Source of the DNA: Perkinsus olseni
Taxonomy: Eukaryota
DNA: 44,924 nt
Direction of reading: 5' to 3'
NCBI GenBank assembly: GCA_013115125.1
Contig: JABANN010000267.1
Span: 1-44,924, forward strand
In this document: one piece after another, positions 35,071 to 44,924 of the stretch
Position numbering within the stretch: the stretch's first letter is position 1
Layout: each line of letters opens with the position of its first letter
Made by a program: the position numbers and the translations under genes
Notes under the pieces: model-generated
Told to the model about the DNA's origin: nothing
Databases searched by the model: none
The model's input: only the letters and a program-made list of their open reading frames with translations

Positions 35071-38000
35071 ACAATGTAGTAGTGTAGCCCTATACAGTTG
35101 TACTCTATGTAACTACTCTAGGGTGCCTTCAGAAATGAGAGTGTAACTCACCAACGCAACTGATATCAGACGAGAGAAAACTGATTATCACTTGATGCTC
35201 ATCTGGATGGGAGTTCTGTGACAGAACTCCTGTCACAGCAGGCTATATTTCAAAGAGCTGTCTTGAGCTAAAAGTGACCCTCAACGAACCGCCACAGAGG
35301 AATAGTGAAAAACAGTAGTGCGGAGTAGAGGATTCTTCGGAAGATCTTCAACGACTGACAGTCGTTGAAGATCACCACAGTGTTATGAAGATAACACATA
35401 ACAGTGTTATGAACGGCAGAAAAGTGCGAGTTACGAATCATTTAACGTACTACTAAATCTGTAGCACAGATCATAAACAGGGCATCACGGTCCGGGCTAG
35501 AAGGAGCAACAGAACTGCGGAACAGAACGCCCGAGATCCCGACCGCAGCTTGCTCTGGATAGTGCCGTGAGGGTTCTGATCCCAGTAGACGAGCTGCTGC
35601 AAGTCGCATCCTCGGCTCGACGAGATTGATAGATTACGGACGAATCGGCTTACATCTTCGGGCATGGCACATAGCATCCCCCAGTTTCCATTGCCATCAT
35701 CCAGCTTAATTAGCCGTATGCGAGAGCCGCTCTCAGAGTGGACCCCATCCAGTGGATAGGGAGGTCTCCACTCCGGAGGATCACCGCGAAATGCTGGCGA
35801 CAACGAAAACCAAGTTAGGCGCTGTTCCGTGGGCGACAGTCGACAGCTTTCAAGTCAGTGAATACGATGAAGTGAACACCAGTATGTGGCTTTGAGCCAG
35901 CCCGTCGGCACGGTTTGAGACCATAATCACCCGAACCCGTAGAGACGGCCGTCGAACCCGAACACCAGCAGATGACTAACGATGCGATATGCCCTGATTC
36001 GAATATCGGGAATTGGCTCCATCTCGTACGGACCGTACGGTACGATTACCGTACTACGGTGTACACTGTACAGTTCACCGTGTAGTACACGGTGTGTACT
36101 ATTACAGTCACACGTGTATCCGTCCACACTGCAAAATGTCTCAAAACATGTGAAACCCGAGATGATTCTGCTGAAACTCAATATTTATCGAAACACCCTT
36201 CTTATTATCTGACTCAGATAATCTGAGATACAGAGAGGACAAAAGGTGTAATATTCTGCTTCCACCTAAAATCCAACTCCATCGGGCCTGTGCTCCAGGA
36301 ACACACCGCTTGTCTGACGATGGAGACACACCCAGGTGATGACTAGGGACTCGTGAGAAAAATCGAGCCACTCGCACTTCGCACTTAGCTTTCGTACTCC
36401 AAACCAAGCCAGGATATTCACCAGTTTATAAGCGAATATGTACGAAGTGTCCCCCGATGAGAATACACGAGGCATACACAAGGTGTCCACCGTCGGGAGC
36501 ACACGGCCATACAAAAGGTATAACCGAATGCCCCTTCCGATATCACTTAAAGCTAGTGACTTACTACGTGCTGCAGCGCCCGCGACACCCCACTGTATGG
36601 GTATAGCTGCAGGATCAGGTTCCACGGCGTGGTACACGGTAAAGGCTCTCAAAGGATGCCCAATGTTCGAAGACCAACAACCAATTTGTGATGAAACATA
36701 AGACTGCTGTGATAACAGTTCTCGGCATTGAGCAGACGTAATCGTGTTCAAGACAGAGGCTTCGAGATTGCTTATTCTTCTATGCCATAGAATCTAATGA
36801 ACGAGACAGTGTCTTGAGAAATGAGCCTTGTTGGAATTGATAGTTCTCCTTGGATTAGCAAATCCTACTGAGATTAAGGATTTTATTGCAGATTCGGGTA
36901 ATTTTCCGAATCCTAGCGCTAGTACCTACCATGATTCACAGGCTTTGAGCTGTTAATATCGTTAATATCACTGAGACAGTTTCGTAAGTTTATATTGTAC
37001 AGATGATTCCCCACGGAAGACGTGGGACAAGCCGTTCTCGCGTTCAGTTTAAGTGACTAGATTCGAACCAAGGGAGCCTTAACATACTAAACGCGGTGCT
37101 CTCATGACATAACGGCGTGCCAGCGACCATGACCAACATTGGATGCGAGAGCGATCATCAATCAAACCCGTTGTCAAAGTCCCCGAAAGGATGCTCAGCT
37201 CGAATGCTGCTGGGTGGAGCTTCAGTCAGGCTCAGCCGATTCCCGAATGGCATTCGCTGTAGCATAGCGCGGAAGGAGCCATCGCCAGGCCCTCCAGCCG
37301 AAGCCTGACAGGATCACTGCCATCGAACTACGAATGCACCTCCACATTTCACAATCGGAGTCGCAACTCACCTCGCAGCCTTTAGAGGAGGCAAGGTACA
37401 GCCCCCAAAGAAGTATGAGCATCAAGGAGCCCTCCACGGCGAGGACTGCCAACAGAAGCTCTCCCGAGGGAAAAGCGTACGTCGCGTACCTTGAAACGTT
37501 GGTTCCCGCGAGGTGCCGACCGAAGTGGCTCTACTTACCAGTCGCAAAAGGGAGTGATGCCGAGCCAGATAAGAAGCACTATACCCACAACTCCTCTTTC
37601 ACCGGCCGATTTCAGATCATCCATGGAAGTGGATGTGCGGAGAGATTGTATCACGCGCTGTGCTATGAGCAGCCGAGAGGCGATCAATAGGAGCGACAGC
37701 CGCCTGCAAGAACGGGTGAACACCTGAGGCTCCGCACGACTTCACCGAGGCTTACATATCATTCTCCTTTATCATGGGCCACGGGACGAGCAAGAAGCGA
37801 TCGCTGTCGGACTCGCCTTCCCGAAGGAGACAGATGAGATCAGCCGCCAGGATGCCCAGAATCTGACAGGAGGGAATCTCGCGCGCGCAGAAACAACCGA
37901 CCTACCCGAACCGACAGGTCAGGACCCGGATGGTTGGAGCACACCATTAGAAGCAGTACGCAGCACAGGCCGCAGTCGCAGACAGCCGCCAGCATGTGAG

Positions 38001-38947
38001 ATGTGAACGCGACTATTGGCGAACCCATGCCGTCATCTGAGAAGAGCACGGGTCAACCTAAAATTCACACCGTCGTTTCGTTTGTAGGTGAAGTACTCTC
38101 CCAGAAGTGGTCCGACTGTCTCAATGGAGAACAGCGGAACCTCAGAGCGTTATTCGTCCACGAACCTCCATCGAGGGGGCCTTAAGATGATGGTGATCCC
38201 CGTACTCACTTGAATACACTTTGACGTGGATCCAGAATAGGACAATATGCAGTTGCCAGCAGATTGTGAAGAAAACGAAAGTTGTCGACATATCCTGTTC
38301 TCTCGAGACGACTTGCTTATACCTACCCGAGGCGCTGCTTGAAGCAGCGGTGGAAGCAGCCTGTATCCCAACACACGTCATAAACACTTACATGCGCAGC
38401 AGAGGTACTGCCATTGACAGAGCGGCTAGGACGGCCAGGCTCATGAGGTGCTCCAACCAGTAGACGAACTCGCAACTCAAGTGGCTGCCGTAGTCATGGT
38501 GGACATGGGGGGACCACACAGAGACGTGACCTGAACAGGACGTGGAACTTGTCCTGCTCAGCACAATGAGAAGCTACGCTGAAGCTTATCGAATCGCTGA
38601 TGGGACGCGGACAGGAGATGAAGGGTCGGATTCCACACCGCAAAATTCGGCTGTTGTGTTGAACATAATCTTAATCAGTCGGTCTCTAGCGGGAAGGAGT
38701 TGCAACCGAAAAGAAGAACCGCACCTTCAGGTTGCTTGAACTCCACTATGTACTCAGAATCGATCCCTGAAAGGAACTGATTCTCACTTATCGGGGCGAG
38801 TATCTTACCTCGACCCTCGCAGTTGACGAGCAGGGCCGTGGACTTCTTATTGTGAAGGCGATGATCAACACTCAGCTTCAGCTCGAAAACGTAACCGAGG
38901 TCTCCTGAGGCACCTAAAAAAAGTTATGCATGAATGGTTGGAGACGC

Positions 38948-39209
38948 AACATGCAATAGTGAGGCCACTATACCACATGCAGAAGCGAGGACACTATGCC
39001 ACATGCAGAAGTGAGGACACTATGCCACATGCAGAAGTGAGGACACTATGCCACATGCAGAAGTGAGGACACTATGCCACATGCAGANNNNNNNNNNNNN
39101 NNNNNNNNNNNNNNNNNNNNNNNNNNNNNNNNNNNNNNNNNNNNNNNNNNNNNNNNNNNNNNNNNNNNNNNNNNNNNNNNNNNCATAAGTGAGGACACTA
39201 TGCCACATC
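38948..39209. repeat. 26-bp minisatellite spanning an assembly gap
   Basis: Unit GAAGTGAGGACACTATGCCACATGCA; about 5 copies before and 1 after the N run at 39088-39183. Confidence 0.9.
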
Positions 39210-40206
39210 ATGGCTCATGATGAGGCATGTGGCATGTGTGCTTCATGATTCATGAGGCCCACATGCCAGTGGCGGCCACTGAGTGGCCGCATTATTCCAA
39301 TTACACCGCACTCAAAATAAAGCGACATGATGATGGTGTGATGCAAAGTGATAGATGATGCGCAAAAACCGAAGAATGAGAGATATTCTAGCTTACCTGG
39401 ATGCGCTGCTCCATTTGACGCACTCGTAACCACCCGGATTGCCCGCTGTGGCTCGAGCGGCTCCACCACTCGAGCGTTCTTCACCAGCTTCTCACAGGAC
39501 AAGGTGTCAATCTACGGAATACGGTAGGTATCATAAGTCGACGCTAGTCAGCGACAGAATATCAAGATTCACTCACCTTTGCCGCTACTGTGTCGTTCAG
39601 GAGAAGGAACTTCGTTCCCGCCCCTCTCACCACGTTACAAGCATCCAGTAGCCCTCTCGCTACAGTATTAGCACTGGATGGCCAGGAGTAACAGAATGAT
39701 CCAATTAGATATCTAAGGTTGACCCATGCATGTGACCAGGAATATGATTCCATCCTAACCTGTCTGTGGTGCCGTCCGGCGGTCCCTGCGGGTTGTACGG
39801 GTAAGTGCGAGCCAGGCCAATCGAAACCTTCGACTCCGCAATGTGAAGATTTGTGAATATTAATAATGTGATTAACATTATGAACTTCCAGACTTTGTCG
39901 CCTTGCCAGGTCCCCAATGGGAAACACAGAGACTTCCTCCCCCGCTATGATGATTTATGAATAATAATTATGCGATTAACATCATGATTCTCCTGACTGT
40001 GACGATGGGCCATGTGGTGACTGACACGGACTTGTATCTCCAAGCCATCAGCTTAGCTATGTAGTTCCCATTGTTGTAGCTCACATCTCCTTATCATTCA
40101 TACAGTACTTGCGTTCCACAGCCAGTCGTCTTGCCAGGTCCCGACTCCCCAATGGACAACACAAAAACTTCTCCTGCACGACACAGTCGTCATTGCACCA
40201 ACAGAA

Positions 40207-43200
40207 TCATGCGATAGGCGGTAGACTATCTTTTAACGCCTCCGGACGCGGGATCGAGTTCTCAAGCTCCGCGAGACGCTGCTTCAGCGTCTCAATCTCC
40301 TGAGAACAGGGAGAACGGCACTATCCGCGATGGACAGCTTAGCCGTCAACGACGCCGTCCAAGACTTCACACGACCAGTTCGCTTCCGAGAGCCGGTTAG
40401 TTCTCAACTCGTTTATAGTTTCTCGCAAACTTTTCTTCAGCAGAAACGAGTGCTACGCGCCTGACATGGTAGCCACAAGTGCCAGTGTTCACTTGCAAAG
40501 CTCAAATTCTTAATACCGTTACATGACACACAGTTAGTTCCCCCAGCTGAGCACACATAATGAAATTTTCCATTCCGCAAAATAAAGATGCAGCATTCCC
40601 CTCATAATCGATTAGAATCAAGCGCGACGAATCGCTCCAACCTTCTGCTGCATCTCAGCCTCTTTCTCAGAATCTTGACTCGTCGTCTCCGAGTTCACAG
40701 TGCTGCCCGCCGAGCTGATTCGTTCTTCGGCCGCTCGCTCGTTCTTGAGGAAGGAGACTTCTCTCCGTAAATTATTGATTTCTCGTATTAGCGTCACGTT
40801 GTCTTGCAGCACTCGGGTGTTCGTGGACCGGTGAACCTCGCATGAAAAAATCTCCATAACATCTCTTTCCGAACGAATGCCCCATTGTTACAAGATATAA
40901 CGTCGCCTTCCCAAAATATTAATACAAAACAGATCATACCATTAAGACGACCATTCCACAAAATCAATATTTCACGCATTTTTCAAAACGGATAAAACAG
41001 CTGAGTATCACTCGACAAACAACATGCCGCTGTTGCTCCTTGCGGGTGTAGCTTACTCCCCTCGAGAGAATCAGGTTAGAAGGAAAGCTAGAACGACTTT
41101 ACACTCCATCTCGCCTTGCGTTGACTACGAGCAACCACGGAGAAGGTGAGGCCCCGGACGAGATTCGAGGCGAGCGCATCCACCTTGCGCACAAGGCAAT
41201 ATCGATCATCTTGTGCATGCGTGCATAGCTAATACTCCCACCCCCCGATAGAACTAGGTAGATGAGCTCTACACTCCCCCTCGCCTTGCGTTGACTATGA
41301 GCAACAACGGAGAAGCAACAGATTATTTCCTTCTGCACTTCCGTGCCGCTCATCTGGGCTCTATCAAGACCACCACTGGTGAGAAACGATAACCTCCAGA
41401 ATGGCTACCGCCCTGACTCACCTGAGCTGCTTTTTCGTGCTTCTGCTTCAGAGTCATCATACACTTCTCGAGGTAGTCCCTCTGTCTGTTGAACTCCTTC
41501 TGGTAGGCGTCAACTGACAACATTCGTCAGGTCCTTCGGCCGAGGATCGTGCATTTTTCGTGGGGCAAACGCGAAAAAAACGATGATTTTTCTGCTCACA
41601 AAACGCTTTTGAATTCCGTTTTTTTCCGGATTTCCCTAAAAAAATGTAGTTACAACTACTTCCAGCCTGTCGTTCCAGTCCAATTCACAGATCTTACCAT
41701 CGTCCCCCTCAGCGGCATCAGTTCTACTCTCCCCTTCAACGCCTTCCGATCCCTTCTCTCGCTTGTTCTCTTCCAAGATAAGTTCGTGGTACATCGCTGT
41801 AATATTTTTCCTCAGTTTCCGTGGGTCCTTGCAATCTCGGTAGCACTCTCTCATTGCCGTTCTCGAAGCCTGAGAACCGTTCCAAATTAGAAAGCTAGAA
41901 AATTTCTCAGATCCCAGACGAAAACTGTGCGCCCCCTTGTTAACCCCGTCCACAGCCGTTGTTAGGATACCTTAACATATTCCAGTTCATTCCGGAGCGT
42001 CCAGTGCTACTTGCTAGGCGACTACTAGATTTCAAACAAAAACCGCTCTTCCAGTATGTGACTATGATACGATAATTATCCTCACAAAAATATCATACCA
42101 CAACTTTCAATATTCTCCCTCCCATTCACTGCAATCCACACTTCAATTTCGATGCTGGAATTTCCGTTCCGAGCGCGTGAACGATTTCCTATAATCAACT
42201 CACCTCCTGCTCTCGATGCTCCTCATCAATTTTGCCCTTCTGTTCCTTGATCTCTCCCAGTAATGCCTACAACACCTCCCATCACCAACAGCATTTACGG
42301 GGACGTGAATCGATCGGCGGAACCGGAAAGCGTGAATCGATCGAGGAGAAATTAGTCGCAGCGCAGTAAGAGTAATTGTGTTCTTCGGCGTTCCGTTGAA
42401 GAGATTATTTTCTGTGACGATATATTGTGACACTATTCTGATTCTGATATTTTTTGGCCATAAGATGTTACAAAAATATCACAAAAAACTCAAAAAAATT
42501 CACATAAATCATCACAAAAATATCAAAATATCGGGTTAGAGAAGAATGACAATCGGTCATTTCCAACAGACCCTCACCCTCTGCTTCATGTTCATCTCCG
42601 ACACTTCCAAACTCAACGTCTTATTCCTTCGCATGCACCTGAATAGCCCCGGACGAACGATTTCACGAATTGTGAACAACTATCGAACCGCCATTTTTCG
42701 GAAAATGGAAATTTTTTTCCAGTGCCTCCAAGTCCCAACGCGATTCCGGCGATACAAAGAATGTCGTCCCAAAAGTTTTCCTCAAATTTCGCACCCTGTT
42801 ATCTTCCTAGTTCCGATTTGTAACTTCCGACAACCCGCACGCGTTCTTCCCTGTACTGCCGAAATTTCGAGAGGACCGAGAGTTTACGAGCAGAAACTTA
42901 CGACTGAATAAAAGGGGCATCAAAAAACTGAAAATTTTCTGGGCGATCTCACTCTTCGATCTCAGCGTCCATGAAGGTGATCTGCGTCTTCATTTTCGCG
43001 ATCTCGGCCGACTTAGGGTCGATCTCTCCCTTTAACTCCTATCGAGACATCCTCACGGAGGGAGCTCCAGCCTAGGCCTCACCCGAATCTTGTAATCTAG
43101 GACAAACTTGAATTTCTCTAACTCTTGATTTTGCTTCCTCAAGTCGTTTATCCGCCTTTCCTTATCCTCGATCGTCTTCTCTCTTTCCTCCATTTCCTTT

Positions 43201-44325
43201 ATGTTCGCAGCGCGGTCTTTCACGAGTGCCTCGATCTTTTCCCGTCGCCGTTGGACCTGCTGACCGACGCGTGTGCGACATCTCACTCAAAGGCCGATGC
43301 CACCATTTGTTCAGCTCTACGCACAACGCTGAATGATTAACAGAGGGTTCGGTGGACGGCTCCCTTCACAAGAAGCTATCCGAGCTCAACGGCTCCAGCA
43401 CGCACGGGCCGTGTGGCGGAGAGCCTTCCATTGGATTCTAGGGACCGGTCATCAGTGTAAGACAGGATAAGTTCATTTAAAATTAGGTAAAGGTTTGGGT
43501 TCGCGTCTTTGCACAAGGAAAGACATAGGATTTACAGGTTGAGAAATCCAAAGTTGACGCTGGCATGTTACGAGTGCACCGCCTCGGTTCTGCCGGGAGT
43601 TCGATGCCCGAGGTCCGACCTGTAAGAGCCAGTTCCTTAAACTCTCTTCCTTGTAACCCATCTGCCTCTTAAGATCCTCATGATGCTTCCTAAAAAGGAG
43701 TGTCCACAGTTCCCAAACCACACCGCTCGACTCACTTGTGTATTCCAGCCTGACCTCGAAGTCCGATTTTCTCGTCCTTCTCGTGGCTCAAAAACGACTC
43801 GTACCTGACGTGTTATCAGGGGGTGCTGACAAGTTTGAATTCTTCAAGCCCTCACCTCCGTTTTACTGCTTCGATTTTGTCATCTGTTTTACGCTCCACT
43901 TCCCTGCGACATCAAGAAATAACCTCATATCAGAAGTCAGAGCGCGTCGATAGTAAATTCCCACAGGGCGTGTGGTGTAGGGGTATCACGTCTGCTTCGC
44001 ATGCAGAAGGCCCCGGGTTCAATTCCCGGTACGTCCACCTATTCCCACCTCAGCTTCTGATGATGCTCACGGAAATCCTTCTCTTTATCCTCCAGCACAA
44101 TTTCTCTTTCCTCCCTGTTCTTCTTCCTCTCCTCCTCAAATACCCTACCCATCGCCTCCACTATTCCTGTCACACGAAATGATTCCACGGAAAGACCTTG
44201 CCCAGCTCTGGCGTTCTCAGAAACCAACGATTCGTGAGCTACTCTCATGTTTCGCCTCGATCGTTTCCTTCATCGTCATCCATTCTTGGAACTCTTTTTC
44301 AGAGCATTCTGTCAACTCGGCCAGC
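40207..44325 (-). CDS. CFAP57: Cilia- and flagella-associated protein 57 (WDR65), 3' coiled-coil exons (partial)
   Basis: Exon peptides [38 protein letters not shown] and [18 protein letters not shown]; last exon 40207-40299 ends in TGA. The 5' part is not resolved within the window. Confidence 0.82.
43966..44037 (+). tRNA. tRNA-Ala(CGC), inside a CFAP57 intron on the opposite strand
   Basis: Cloverleaf GGGCGTG/TACGTCC with the G3:U70 alanine identity pair, anticodon loop TTCGCAT, T-arm CCGGG TTCAATT CCCGG. Confidence 0.93.
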
Positions 44326-44924
44326 CTGACACACGAACAGGAGCTCGACGCAGACTTCGCAGACCCAAACACGACTTCGCAAGCCACTCGTGCTCACACT
44401 AGCCCAATCGCAGAGTCAAATTGAATGAGCATTCTGGGGGTTGGATTGACTCAATGGGTAGTGATAATATACTACGATTGTCATGGTCCCTTCTTAGTTA
44501 GACTTCTGCCCGTTCAGTAAAAGTTGGTATGAACGCGTCTGGCGTCCAGAGCTGACGAGCCGAACTCAACACTGGTGAATAACATGGCAGACATCTGTAG
44601 ATGGGAATCCTATCACTCTGGAGGTACCGGAGACGGCGTATTAAGCGCGGAATTCACCTGCTTCTGATGTTCTTGCACGTTGTTTGGGCGAAAGGAACTC
44701 GAAACTAGCAGCTTCATCTACACGCTGAATTGGTCCAACGCAGTCTGGTAGTAAGCAGGCACCGATAGGCCTCGAGTATTCACCCAAAGATCGAGCACGA
44801 TGACTAGGCCATTGGCTGTGCGAGACATTCTTGCCGACAGTCGTTGCTCCTCTACAGTGCGTTCGGGTTTGATATGCAAGTCGACTAAAGTGTTGTAACT
44901 CGGATATAAACGAACATTTCACGA

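Noticed and set aside
37050-37110. Minus-strand tRNA-like fragment (GGTTCGAATC)
   Set aside because: Only a B-box-like motif; no foldable cloverleaf.
35471-38740. Short ORFs as genes or retroelement pol
   Set aside because: No recognisable motifs or consistent exon chain; left uncalled.
38948-39209. 26-bp repeat as a CRISPR array
   Set aside because: Units are head-to-tail with no unique spacers and no cas genes; an ordinary minisatellite at an assembly gap.

Overview
Eukaryotic, intron-rich genomic DNA from a protist. Short ~45-60 bp GT-AG introns, roughly balanced GC and the gene content suggest a Perkinsus-like alveolate (inference). Host genes: a complete 13-exon pelota/Dom34 (15625-18716), two tandem paralogous secreted-protein genes, a small Cys-rich secreted-protein gene, a cathepsin L-like protease with an in-frame TAG, the 3' part of CFAP57/WDR65, and intact tRNA-Thr(CGT) and tRNA-Ala(CGC). 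A segmental duplication (16778-20067 vs 23621-28244) creates a 5'-truncated pelota copy and a truncated Cys-rich copy around a 3.5 kb insert. Mobile DNA: a 2.6 kb Chapaev-type transposon (CAC..GTG TIRs, CTTT TSD, RAG1-like N-terminal zinc finger), a 752 bp MITE with ACT TSD, a hAT transposase relic and decayed non-LTR retroelements. The most striking unexplained signal is a window-wide excess of sequence-unrelated perfect palindromes with exactly one central base, often chained in clusters, which suggests a hairpin/snap-back DNA repair or excision signature.
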